Assembly: GCA_017464285.1 (NCBI GenBank)
Contig: JAFUDT010000013.1
Span: 21,577 to 85,576, forward strand
DNA length: 64,000 nucleotides
Direction: 5' to 3'
DNA from: Bacteroidales bacterium
GTDB lineage: Bacteria; Bacteroidota; Bacteroidia; Bacteroidales; UBA1402
Shown here: positions 18,388 to 28,734 of the stretch, one piece after another
Layout: the number at the start of each line of letters is the position of its first letter
Numbering within the stretch: the first letter of the stretch is position 1
Notes under the pieces: generated by a model
Seen by the model: the letters and a program-made list of their open reading frames with translations, nothing else
What the model was told of the DNA's origin: nothing
The model's database searches: none
Made by a program: the position numbers and the translations under genes

Positions 18388-21135
18388 CTATTTTTCCAGT
18401 ACCAGTATCTGCCCGTCGGGTCCCAGGCCTTCGGCCGAAACGAAAAGACGGCGGGCCGTGCCGTTGTTGTAGAAAGCCACCCGGGCTTTCCCCTGGGGAT
18501 CAATCCTGACTTCCGGATTCCAGTAGAGTGTCCGACGAAAATCCTCTGGCATTTCTTTCCGGGTTTTCAGCCGGTAGTCGGGATGGTAGAAATCGCGTGC
18601 GACAGAATAACCGTGAAATGTCATTTTCCGGCCGTTTAACAAGGGGTTCATCTTGTTTTCCATCTTGTAGTTGTACAGGAAACTGGCAGTGTAGTCGTGT
18701 CGTACATCTTTGTACTGGTAGAAACCCCGGCCGGTTTTGTCGAAATACAGAGAGAGGCTTTGAGCATATTCAATGTTACGTCCTCTCCATATCGATCTGA
18801 AAGACCTGCCTCTGGAGACCAGAGACTGTTCCTTTTCCTTATGCACCCTTCGCTCCGACCCGTCAGCCTGGACAACAGTGGTCCCCCAACCATACATGTA
18901 GTTATAGAATTCTGTCAGCCGGTGTCCGTCATTGCCCCAGATCCAATCCTCTTCCCTATCCGTATAAGAGACAGGGACATTGTTGATCAGTGACTCGAAT
19001 TCACCCCTCATACCAAGACGGACGCAGGCATTCAGTGCCACCAGCTCCTTGGAAACGAATCCAAAGTACATCCCCATGTCCATCTGAAAATTCAGCTCGT
19101 CAAGCGGATTGAGTTTCACAGCTGGTTTGCCGAAAACCAGTGTTTTGCGCTTGTTCTTGATTTCTGCCTCGGGCAATGACATGATATACGCCTCATTATC
19201 TCTTTTTATTGATGAGAGTTCCTCTGCGGTCAATTCTGAATCGTCTTCCCAAAACCGGTTAACGGGCGGATGGTTCTCATAATAGTCATAAACTTTACTG
19301 AGAGGCACATAATTCTCTTTGATGGGGATAAATTCGGTGAGCATGTGCGAGATTTCTCTCGGATTAAGAAAATCTCCGTTCTTTTTCCACCACCACCGCT
19401 TGCCGTCGTGTATTTTGACAAACAGGGTTCCGCTGCCTTCAAAATCGGGGAAATCAATCTGGAAATAACCTTTGTCATCGGCATGATCGCTTCCTTCCAG
19501 CTCCAGCTTTCCGTCAGTGAAGTAGGCTTCTATGCCCAACTGGGACGATTGTCGTATTCTCTTGCCGATGCCGGTTCCCCCCACAGGATAAATACGACCG
19601 GAAATCCTCAAATGCTTCTCTGCCGGATATTCCAGTGAGAAATTGGTCACACCGGCCATCGACTGCCAGTCATAACGCCGCCAGCCTTGCACCATAAGCA
19701 ACAGGTCCAGTTCAAAAGCCCTTTGGGGATTATCGTCCAGGAAGTAATAGTCGGGATGCTCAATATATCCGTAGAGATCGGAGGAAAGCAGCAGATCGGT
19801 CAGCATATTGCGGCTTCCGAAGCCCGTTTCACGACTCTGTCTGTCACATACGGACAAGGAAAACGACTGGCCGGCCATTTCCGGGGGAAAACTGAAAGTC
19901 AAGCCGACAGAGTCGTACGGTTGGTACGCCCGATAAATAGCGTCCATCTTAATCTGTCGCTGCTCATGTTCATGATGATTGACAAACACCAGGCGTTCGG
20001 CATAGATTCTCCCCCGAGCATCAAACAGGGTAATCTGATTGACCCCCGTGGGCAGAATATCGGTGGAAATGGTCACCAGGGAGGAACCTGCGTTATCGGG
20101 AACGAAAGCCTGAAAGGAGACAGGCCGCCCTCGGCAGACAACCGACACTCCGACAGTATCGGCCGCCTGTACGGCACTCCTTTGCACGTAAACACATATT
20201 TCCTTGGGGGAAGACATATCCACCGACATGGCATATCCGCTTTTTTCAGCCTCAGGCAAATCGAATCTGTAGTCAAATCCCTGATACAGCACCCTGACCG
20301 TGCCTGTTTTATGTCCTTGAGGTGTAACCAGAAAACTTCCCCGGCCTCTCCCCGTGGTCTGTAACGTGTCGCAGCACTCTCCGTTGGTGTCATAGACACG
20401 ACCTGCGACTTCCACTCGTTCTCCTTCATCGGTACTGGCTTCAAAAGCAATCCGACTTTGAAGACCGATGATCAGATTACCTCCTTCGGGATAGAAGTTG
20501 ATTTTCAAATCCGGTTTTCGCCTCTCCCTCTGCTCATACCTTAAGGTCGCCGACGGTCGCTGCATAATGGTACGGTCCTGGTGATTGCCCTTGACTCGTG
20601 GGCGCTCATATACGGGGAATACGCGGGAAAAGGCCGTGCCGCTTTCCTGGAAGAAACGTCGGAGAAAGTCTTCATTGTAGAAGAAGGCCCTGATTTCACG
20701 TTGGAACTCACGGGGAATCATACCGAAGTTCAGCATGTATTGCGTGTAGGCCCTGACTTCGTAGTACCCTGAATAATAGATTCTTTCCTTGCTGTCCAAA
20801 AGGAACTCCCCATGACAGCGTCCCTGCTCTATTTTCAGCTTTCGAGAGTCGATGATCACTCCCTCCTGAGTGAGCAGTTGCACGTGGAGTATTCCGCTGA
20901 TGTCCGTCGGCCGGTGGTTGTCTGCCCGGACTACGTAGGCGCTGAACCAGATGGTTTCTCCGAGGAAATAAGAAGTGTTGTCAAAATGGAGATAGACCTT
21001 TTCCTGCGGCAGAATACGGTTGAATGTCTCAATATGGGACACAAACGACCGGATGCTGTTGTAAGCGTCTTCTTGGGCGATTGCGAAGACAAAAGGAATC
21101 AGAAATCCTCCTAATAACAAGCACTTCTTGTTCAT
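18388..21135 (-). CDS. Large secreted Bacteroidota protein (macroglobulin/MG2-like N-terminus), paralog A; function unknown
   Basis: Signal peptide MNKKCLLLGGFLIPFVFAIA; PQEKVYLHFDN..Y..GETIW, FYPEGG, LLLSSDL.GYIE.P.YYF, QGWRRYDW, DFRRTLYWNP. Confidence 0.85.
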   Translation of the reverse strand: MNKKCLLLGGFLIPFVFAIAQEDAYNSIRSFVSHIETFNRILPQEKVYLHFDNTSYFLGETIWFSAYVVRADNHRPTDISGILHVQLLTQEGVIIDSRKLKIEQGRCHGEFLLDSKERIYYSGYYEVRAYTQYMLNFGMIPREFQREIRAFFYNEDFLRRFFQESGTAFSRVFPVYERPRVKGNHQDRTIMQRPSATLRYEQRERRKPDLKINFYPEGGNLIIGLQSRIAFEASTDEGERVEVAGRVYDTNGECCDTLQTTGRGRGSFLVTPQGHKTGTVRVLYQGFDYRFDLPEAEKSGYAMSVDMSSPKEICVYVQRSAVQAADTVGVSVVCRGRPVSFQAFVPDNAGSSLVTISTDILPTGVNQITLFDARGRIYAERLVFVNHHEHEQRQIKMDAIYRAYQPYDSVGLTFSFPPEMAGQSFSLSVCDRQSRETGFGSRNMLTDLLLSSDLYGYIEHPDYYFLDDNPQRAFELDLLLMVQGWRRYDWQSMAGVTNFSLEYPAEKHLRISGRIYPVGGTGIGKRIRQSSQLGIEAYFTDGKLELEGSDHADDKGYFQIDFPDFEGSGTLFVKIHDGKRWWWKKNGDFLNPREISHMLTEFIPIKENYVPLSKVYDYYENHPPVNRFWEDDSELTAEELSSIKRDNEAYIMSLPEAEIKNKRKTLVFGKPAVKLNPLDELNFQMDMGMYFGFVSKELVALNACVRLGMRGEFESLINNVPVSYTDREEDWIWGNDGHRLTEFYNYMYGWGTTVVQADGSERRVHKEKEQSLVSRGRSFRSIWRGRNIEYAQSLSLYFDKTGRGFYQYKDVRHDYTASFLYNYKMENKMNPLLNGRKMTFHGYSVARDFYHPDYRLKTRKEMPEDFRRTLYWNPEVRIDPQGKARVAFYNNGTARRLFVSAEGLGPDGQILVLEK
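20990..21012. repeat. Left arm of perfect 23-bp inverted repeat (partner 21414-21436)
   Basis: agatagaccttttcctgcggcag is the reverse complement of ctgccgcaggaaaaggtctatct. Confidence 0.9.
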
Positions 21136-21201
21136 CGAAGCATACTTTGTTGTTTTCGTAAAGTTTTTGAGAATCAAAATTGTGTTCTTTTTCACAAACT
21201 G

Positions 21202-21209
21202 CAAATTTA
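21202..21209 (-). promoter_or_regulatory. -7 box (TAAATTTG) for paralog A
   Basis: caaattta on + strand in the 146-bp divergent spacer. Confidence 0.6.
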
Positions 21210-21255
21210 GAAAAATCTTTTATTGTTTTAGGGTGATTGTTGTAATAATGTTTAT

Positions 21256-21263
21256 TATCTTTG
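21256..21263 (+). promoter_or_regulatory. -7 box (TATCTTTG) for paralog B
   Basis: Exact TAnnTTTG 18 nt before ATG 21282. Confidence 0.65.
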
Positions 21264-21281
21264 GGGCTGTATGATGAGTAA

Positions 21282-23963
21282 ATGAAGAAGACCCTGATAC
21301 TTTTTTTGTGGGCGCTGAGTTCCTTTTCTCCAGTCTTTTCAGAAGTGAATAGTGGGACTGTCAGGGAACGACTGGAATCCTTTGTGACCCGGATTTCCAG
21401 TTTCAACCATTTCCTGCCGCAGGAAAAGGTCTATCTGCATTTCGACAACACGGCCTATTTTCTGGGAGAAACCATCTGGTACAAAGCCTATGTGGTCAGG
21501 GCCGACAGCCTGTTGCCTACCAATGTGAGTCGGGTGCTTCACGTGCAGTTGCTGACTCAGGAAGGAACAATAGTGGACAGCCGCAAGCATAAGATTGTGG
21601 ACGGACAGTGTCATGGGGAATTTACTATAGGAAAGGGCTATGCATCGGGCTACTACGAAATACGGGCCTATACGCAGTATATGCTCAATTTCGGCAACGT
21701 GCAAAAAAAATATCAGCCGGAAATTAACGCCTTCTTTTTTGAAGAAGACTACACGCGACGCTTCTTTAGAGAAAATGCCACTGTTTTTTCGCGGGTCTTT
21801 CCGGTATATGAGCGGCCAGTAAAAGACGGCTATTACCGCGACAGGACCGTCGTCAGCCGTCCGAGAGCCCGTACTAAACCTGGCTCTGACACTCCTGGAT
21901 TAGAGATTTCCTTTTACCCTGAAGGTGGCTCGCTGGTAGACGGACTTCAGAGCCGGGTCGCGTTTGAGGCCAGAGACAGCGAAGGAAGGCTCGTCGAGGT
22001 TAAGGGGCGCTATTATAATGCAAGAGGCAAACTGGCAGGGGCTGTCAAAACCAGTCATCGGGGCAAAGGCGATTTCTTTGTGACTCCGGAAGGAAAAAAT
22101 AGTGGCAAAGTAATTGTGTCATACGAAAATAAGAATTACTCCTTTAATTTGCCCGAGGCTCGCCGCGAGGGTTACGTTATGACAGTTGTCGCACTTCCTG
22201 GAAAGGATGTGGTAGTAGAAATACAGTGCTCTGCCCATTGGCCGGCTGACACGGTCGGATTGTCTGTCATCTGCCGTGGGAGACCTTGCGTGTTTGAGAC
22301 TGTATATCCCGAAAAAGGCAAAGGCTATGTGAAAATACCTCTCGGACTCTTGACGACAGGTGTCAACCAATTCACTCTTTTCAATGCCCGAGGGGAAATC
22401 TTTGCCGAGCGTATGCTTTTCGTCAACCACCGAGAGTATGAAAAACGCGAAATCGAGATAGAAGGGCTGCAGAGGCTCTATGCAAGTTATGTCCCCATTC
22501 GGTTCTCACTGGAACTGCCGCATGACAGCGTACTACCTCAAACAATGTCGGTGTCGGTCTGCAATAAACTGAGCCGTGAAAAGAATGCCTCAAGTCAGAG
22601 TATGCTGACGAACTTGCTGCTATCGTCTGATTTATACGGCTTTATTGAATCTCCGGAGTATTATTTCACCAAACCAAGACGACGGCTCTCCTACGAGCTG
22701 GATTTATTGACGCTGGTGCAAGGCTGGCGGCGCTATGACTGGCAGGAAATGGCAGGTGTCACTCCTTTTGAGCCTGAATTCAAAGTCGAAAAGGGGCTGG
22801 GCATTTACGGTACCGTCTATCCTTTAGGCGGCACCCGATGGGGGAAGGCTGCTCGGCAGCGCTCCGGGCTTGGCATTGCTGCCACCCTGTTTGTCGATTC
22901 CCTCTGTCTGACTGACAACCGAACAGCCGATAGGGAAGGGAACTTCTCTTTCGTCTTCCCTGAATTTACCGGGGACGGGACCTTGTTCATAAAAGTGGAC
23001 GACCGTAAACGCATCTGGGGACAAAACGAAAGTGAGTTTCTGAAAACCAACAAGATCTCTCACCTGATGACAGAGTATATTCCCTTGAAAAGCAATTACG
23101 TTCCCTTACCAAGAGTCTATGACTACCTGGAATTCCACAACAATGCAGAATTCTGGACCGACACCACGGGACTGAGCCAGGAAGAGTGGCTATCGCTGAA
23201 GCAGGACGATGAAGCCTGGCTGCTGTCCTTGCCGGAGGCAGAAATAAAAGCCCGGTACGATACTCGTTTTCTGGTCGGTCCCCCCACCAGATTCAATCCA
23301 ATGGACGAACTGGACTTTCAGATGGACATGGGGCTGTTTTTCGGTGTAGTCGCCAAAGAAATTATTGCTGTGAATACGGCCGTAAGACACGCTATGAAGG
23401 AGGGAGCGCATTCTGTGACCAGTAGCGAGATGGAGTACGAGCTGTGGAGTGATCGCGCCGTCCAGAAAGCCTATTATCTGGGTGGCAGCGGTGCGTATGT
23501 TCCCGAATCCCCTGCCTCGGAGGACATACGGCCAAACGGACTACCCAGCCGCCTTCCGCCTGGTATGGGCATAGGAAAGAATCTTGAATACATGAACGGC
23601 CTCTCTCTCAACATGGGTAAGACAAGTAGGGAAACTTACCTGTATCAACATCGGGGACAAGACTATTATGCCTACTATGTCAATAACTTTCGGTCTCAGA
23701 AATCGGCATCGCCTGTATACAACGGTCGTCGGCTGACTTTCCGCGGCTTTTCCGAAGTAAAGGAGTTTTACTCGCCCAATTACCGGCAGCTCCATGGAGA
23801 AAAACCACGAGATTACCGACGTACCTTGTATTGGAATCCCTCGGCCAAGGTCGAGGACGGAAAGGTGTCGGTTTCACTATACAATAACGGGGGGCTTCAT
23901 GGAGTGACCGTCTCGGCCGAAGGTCTCGGTCCCGACGGGCAGATACTGGTGCTGGAGAGATAG
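21282..23963 (+). CDS. Large secreted Bacteroidota protein (macroglobulin/MG2-like N-terminus), paralog B; function unknown
   Basis: Signal peptide MKKTLILFLWALSSFSPVFS; same motif series as 18388-21135 and a near-identical C-terminus VSAEGLGPDGQILVLE. Confidence 0.85.
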   Translation: MKKTLILFLWALSSFSPVFSEVNSGTVRERLESFVTRISSFNHFLPQEKVYLHFDNTAYFLGETIWYKAYVVRADSLLPTNVSRVLHVQLLTQEGTIVDSRKHKIVDGQCHGEFTIGKGYASGYYEIRAYTQYMLNFGNVQKKYQPEINAFFFEEDYTRRFFRENATVFSRVFPVYERPVKDGYYRDRTVVSRPRARTKPGSDTPGLEISFYPEGGSLVDGLQSRVAFEARDSEGRLVEVKGRYYNARGKLAGAVKTSHRGKGDFFVTPEGKNSGKVIVSYENKNYSFNLPEARREGYVMTVVALPGKDVVVEIQCSAHWPADTVGLSVICRGRPCVFETVYPEKGKGYVKIPLGLLTTGVNQFTLFNARGEIFAERMLFVNHREYEKREIEIEGLQRLYASYVPIRFSLELPHDSVLPQTMSVSVCNKLSREKNASSQSMLTNLLLSSDLYGFIESPEYYFTKPRRRLSYELDLLTLVQGWRRYDWQEMAGVTPFEPEFKVEKGLGIYGTVYPLGGTRWGKAARQRSGLGIAATLFVDSLCLTDNRTADREGNFSFVFPEFTGDGTLFIKVDDRKRIWGQNESEFLKTNKISHLMTEYIPLKSNYVPLPRVYDYLEFHNNAEFWTDTTGLSQEEWLSLKQDDEAWLLSLPEAEIKARYDTRFLVGPPTRFNPMDELDFQMDMGLFFGVVAKEIIAVNTAVRHAMKEGAHSVTSSEMEYELWSDRAVQKAYYLGGSGAYVPESPASEDIRPNGLPSRLPPGMGIGKNLEYMNGLSLNMGKTSRETYLYQHRGQDYYAYYVNNFRSQKSASPVYNGRRLTFRGFSEVKEFYSPNYRQLHGEKPRDYRRTLYWNPSAKVEDGKVSVSLYNNGGLHGVTVSAEGLGPDGQILVLER
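21414..21436. repeat. Right arm of perfect 23-bp inverted repeat (partner 20990-21012)
   Basis: ctgccgcaggaaaaggtctatct, coding LPQEKVYL. Confidence 0.9.
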
Positions 23964-24116
23964 CATAGCCCCTCAATGATGAGGAGTCCACACAAACTTG
24001 GGAAGATGCCATTGGAAATCCAAAGTTGAAAAGCGTGCACTTTTTCCTACGACTTTCCGCCGTCCGCGTGCATTGTTTGACAGAAAGTGTTTATCTTCGC
24101 GGGATAAAGTGAAGAT

Positions 24117-25334
24117 ATGGGACGGAAAAGGATCATGCTGGTGTTCGGGACCCGGCCGGAAGCTATCAAGATGTGTCCTCTGGTCAGGGAGTTCCAAAAA
24201 CATCCTTCGTCTTTTGAGACAATAGTCTGTGTGACAGGGCAGCACCGTGAGATGCTGGACCAGGTGTTGCATATATTCGAGGTCGTGCCCGACTATGACC
24301 TTGACATCATGCGCCAGGGACAGGATTTGTACGATGTGACGACCCGGGTGCTGACAGGTATGCGTACAGTCCTGACTGAGTGTCGGCCCGATGTGGTACT
24401 GGTACATGGCGACACGACCACCAGCATGGCCTCGGCCTTGGCTGCCTTTTATCAGCAGATACCGGTGGGCCATGTGGAGGCCGGCTTGCGTACGTACAAT
24501 ATTTACAGCCCCTGGCCCGAGGAAATCAACCGCCAGATAACGGGTCGCATCGCCGCCTACAATTTCGCTCCCACGCCCTTGGCTGAGAAACACCTGATTG
24601 AGGAGAGGGCTTCTGGCCGTATTTTCGTCACCGGCAATACGGTAATTGATGCCCTGCATCTGGTCGTCGGGAAACTGAGAAGCGACAAGGCTCTCGCCGC
24701 CCGGCAGGCGGAGGTGCTTCGCCAGGCAGGCTACGATGTGGACCGTCTGGACGGAAACAGGAAACTGGTACTGATTACCGGCCATCGCCGGGAAAACTTC
24801 GGACAGGGATTCATCGATATGGTGACGGCCATCAAAGATCTGGCCGGAAAATATCCCGACACAGACTTTGTCTATCCCATGCACCTGAATCCCAATGTGC
24901 GCCGTCCCATAGCCGAGGTTTTCGGCTCCTCGTGCCTTGTTCGGAGCGGGATGCAGACAGTCTGCGGAACCGTGCAGGGAGCCGGTGTCTCGGGCAACGT
25001 TTTCCTGACAGAGCCTTTGCAGTATCTGGAATTTGTGTTCCTGATGGAAAAATCGACGCTGGTATTGACCGACAGCGGCGGCATTCAGGAGGAGGCTCCC
25101 GGTCTGGGCAAGCCGGTGCTGGTGATGCGGGACACCACCGAGCGCCCCGAGGCACTGGAAGCCGGAACGGTCCGACTGGTAGGCACGAACCATGACCTGA
25201 TTGTCGGCGAGACGAGCCGACTGCTGGACGACAGGGCCTGCTATGAGCGGATGAGCCGTGCCGTGAATCCTTACGGCGACGGCAAGGCCTGCGGGAGAAT
25301 TGTCGAGGCCTTGAGCCGGGAACTGATCGGATGA
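24117..25334 (+). CDS. wecB: UDP-N-acetylglucosamine 2-epimerase (non-hydrolysing)
   Basis: VFGTRPEAIKM, TGQHREML, VHGDTTT, GHVEAGLRT, TDSGGIQEEAP, NPYGDG. Confidence 0.97.
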   Translation: MGRKRIMLVFGTRPEAIKMCPLVREFQKHPSSFETIVCVTGQHREMLDQVLHIFEVVPDYDLDIMRQGQDLYDVTTRVLTGMRTVLTECRPDVVLVHGDTTTSMASALAAFYQQIPVGHVEAGLRTYNIYSPWPEEINRQITGRIAAYNFAPTPLAEKHLIEERASGRIFVTGNTVIDALHLVVGKLRSDKALAARQAEVLRQAGYDVDRLDGNRKLVLITGHRRENFGQGFIDMVTAIKDLAGKYPDTDFVYPMHLNPNVRRPIAEVFGSSCLVRSGMQTVCGTVQGAGVSGNVFLTEPLQYLEFVFLMEKSTLVLTDSGGIQEEAPGLGKPVLVMRDTTERPEALEAGTVRLVGTNHDLIVGETSRLLDDRACYERMSRAVNPYGDGKACGRIVEALSRELIG

Positions 25335-25834
25335 TGATGAGAGACTTCGCAGCCATCGACTTTGAAACGGCCAATCAGGAATGCAGCTCGGTCTGTTCTG
25401 TGGGTATCGTCGTCGTACGCGGGGGCGAAGTGGCAGAGACCTTTTACTCGCTTATCCGGCCTGAACCGAATTACTACAGCTATTGGTGCACGCGGGTACA
25501 CGGGCTCTGCCGGCAGGATACGGACACTGCTCCTTTGTTTCCGGAGGTCTGGACACAGGCGGCTCCTCTGCTGGCCGGCCTGCCCTTAGTGGCGCATAAC
25601 AGCCGTTTTGACGAAGGCTGCCTGAAAGCAGTGTTCCGTACCTATCGGATGGACTACCCGGATTACGTTTTCTTCGACACGCTCCGGGCTGCCCGTCTTA
25701 GGCTGCGTTATCTGCCCAATCACCAGCTGCAGACGGTAGCGGCTGCCTGCGGCTACTGTCTGGAGAACCACCACCATGCCCTGGCCGATGCAGAAGCCTG
25801 TGCCCGCATCGCACTGGCCTTGTTTCAAGAATGA
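25331..25834 (+). CDS. DEDDh 3'-5' exonuclease (DnaQ-like)
   Basis: FAAIDFETAN, VAHNSRFD, HHALADAEACA. Confidence 0.93.
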   Translation: MMMRDFAAIDFETANQECSSVCSVGIVVVRGGEVAETFYSLIRPEPNYYSYWCTRVHGLCRQDTDTAPLFPEVWTQAAPLLAGLPLVAHNSRFDEGCLKAVFRTYRMDYPDYVFFDTLRAARLRLRYLPNHQLQTVAAACGYCLENHHHALADAEACARIALALFQE

Positions 25835-26034
25835 TAGGATTGTATAAACATACATAATATGCGACGGGTTTTATTCATTTCGGCAGTCTTCCTGCTTTGT
25901 ATCTGCCTGCTGGCAGCATGCGCCACACCTTGTAATTGCGGATAAAAATACAGGCAAAATATCTGAAAAGCAGTAATTTGTATCTGTTTTCGAAAAAAAT
26001 AGGGGAGAACGGATGATAATTCTGTAAAAAGGAG

Positions 26035-26042
26035 TACCTTTG
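26035..26042 (+). promoter_or_regulatory. -7 box (TACCTTTG) for gap
   Basis: TAnnTTTG in AT-rich intergenic DNA, about 73 nt before ATG 26116. Confidence 0.65.
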
Positions 26043-26103
26043 CGGAAAAATTGAGAGATTATTAACCAAGGGGCGCAAGGATTATCCCCAGGCCCGATAT
26101 TAA

Positions 26104-27126
<1,023 letters not shown>

Positions 27127-27150
27127 TCCGGATAGACGAAATATCTTTGG

Positions 27151-27185
27151 AACCGTGTCGGAAGCCTTTCCGGCACGGTTTTTTT
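27151..27185 (+). terminator. Rho-independent terminator of gap
   Basis: aaccgtgtcgga-agcctt-tccggcacggtt stem (one G-U pair) followed by a T run. Confidence 0.85.
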
Positions 27186-27201
27186 GACTTCTGCCGCGGC
27201 T

Positions 27202-28137
27202 ATGCCGTTTCGAGATACAGACATACCTTCCGACTGCAACCTGGTCGTTGTCCTGGGGCCTACCGCTTCGGGCAAGACGCATTATGCCGTGCAACTGGCT
27301 TCACGCCTCGATGCCGAGATCGTCAGTGCCGATTCGCGCCAGGTGTATCGCGGCATGGACATCGGCACAGGCAAGGATCTCTCGGAATACACTATGCCCG
27401 ATGGCCGGCAGATTCCCTGCCATCTGATTGATATCTGCCAGGCCGGCACCAAGTATAATGTCTATGAATACCAGCGTGATTTCGTCAAGGCCTTCAATGA
27501 TATCAGGAGCCGTGGAAAACAGGTGATTCTCTGCGGCGGCACGGGGCTATATATCGAGGCGGTGCTCAAGGCCTATCCTTTGGTCGCGGTGCCGGAGAAT
27601 CCGGCTTTGCGCAAACAGCTGGCCTCCCAGTCCCTGGAAGAGCTGACTGTTGTGCTGGCCGGCTACAAGCAGCGTCACGGCGACAGCCTGCACAATCAGA
27701 CCGATGTGGATACCGTCAAGCGGGCCATCCGGGCCATTGAGATCGAGGATTACTATGAACAGCACGCCGATCAGCTGCAGCGCGAGGCTGACAGCTATCC
27801 AAGGCTGACCCCATACATCATCGGTCTTGACGTAGATCGCGAGACGCGTCGCCGGCGGATTACGGCCCGCTTGCACCAACGCCTGGAGCAGGGGATGGTC
27901 GAGGAGGTGAGGGGTTTGCTCGACAGCGGCATTGCGGCCGAGGATCTGATCTATTATGGCTTGGAATACAAGTATCTGACTTTGTATGTGACGGGCCGGC
28001 TGAGCTACGAGCAGATGGTGGCCCAGCTGGAAACGGCCATCCACCAGTTTGCCAAGCGGCAGATGACCTGGTTCCGGGGCATGGAGCGCCGCGGCCTGAC
28101 CATCCACTGGCTCCGGCCTGAAAACAACATTCAATGA
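27202..28137 (+). CDS. miaA: tRNA dimethylallyltransferase
   Basis: LGPTASGKT, SADSRQVYRGMDIGTGK, CGGTGLY, FAKRQMTWFR; ATG 27202 preferred to TTG 27184. Confidence 0.93.
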   Translation: MPFRDTDIPSDCNLVVVLGPTASGKTHYAVQLASRLDAEIVSADSRQVYRGMDIGTGKDLSEYTMPDGRQIPCHLIDICQAGTKYNVYEYQRDFVKAFNDIRSRGKQVILCGGTGLYIEAVLKAYPLVAVPENPALRKQLASQSLEELTVVLAGYKQRHGDSLHNQTDVDTVKRAIRAIEIEDYYEQHADQLQREADSYPRLTPYIIGLDVDRETRRRRITARLHQRLEQGMVEEVRGLLDSGIAAEDLIYYGLEYKYLTLYVTGRLSYEQMVAQLETAIHQFAKRQMTWFRGMERRGLTIHWLRPENNIQ

Positions 28138-28181
28138 ATTGGAGAACAGACAAAGACCGTCTGTTTTGAAAGACATCATAT

Positions 28182-28655
28182 ATGAAAGTAGTATTGCTGT
28201 TTCTGGGGAAGACCGCCGACGATTATGCCCGGCAGGCGCTGAGAGTCTATCAGGAGCGGCTGAGCCACTATCTGAATCTCGAAGTGGTGGAACTGCCCGA
28301 CCTGAAGGCGGCCAAAAGCCTGTCCGAGGCACAGGTCAAGGCCCGGGAAGCCGAGGCTATTCTGGAGTGGGTCAAACCGGAAAACCAGGTGGTGTTGCTC
28401 GACGAAAGAGGATTGGAGCAGAGCTCCGAAGAGTTTGCCCGCTGGATGCAGAAGAAGATGAACTCGGGCCTGCGCTCCCTGGTCTTTGTCGTGGGCGGTC
28501 CCTACGGGTTCGACCAGTCGGTCTATACGGCCGTCAAAGAGCGGCTGTCGCTGTCGCGGATGACCTTTTCCCACCAGATGGTCAGGGTGTTTTTTGTCGA
28601 GCAACTCTACCGGGCCATGACCATTCTGCACGGCGAGCCCTATCATCATGCCTGA
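28182..28655 (+). CDS. rlmH: 23S rRNA pseudouridine-1915 N3-methyltransferase
   Basis: LLDERG, FVVGGPYGF, SLSRMTFSHQMVR, EQLYRA, GEPYHH. Confidence 0.96.
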   Translation: MKVVLLFLGKTADDYARQALRVYQERLSHYLNLEVVELPDLKAAKSLSEAQVKAREAEAILEWVKPENQVVLLDERGLEQSSEEFARWMQKKMNSGLRSLVFVVGGPYGFDQSVYTAVKERLSLSRMTFSHQMVRVFFVEQLYRAMTILHGEPYHHA

Positions 28656-28682
28656 GGGGTTTCATTTCTCGCAAAAAGACAG

Positions 28683-28690
28683 TAATTTTG
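28683..28690 (+). promoter_or_regulatory. -7 box (TAATTTTG) for ilvD operon
   Basis: TAnnTTTG about 45 nt before ATG 28735. Confidence 0.6.
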
Positions 28691-28734
28691 CCGTTTCGTA
28701 CAAGGATGAAAAATAATTGAATAATAATAGAATA

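Noticed and set aside
28139-28720. 193-aa ORF overlapping rlmH in another frame
   Set aside because: The rlmH frame has all family motifs; the alternative frame is low-information G/R/A-rich sequence.
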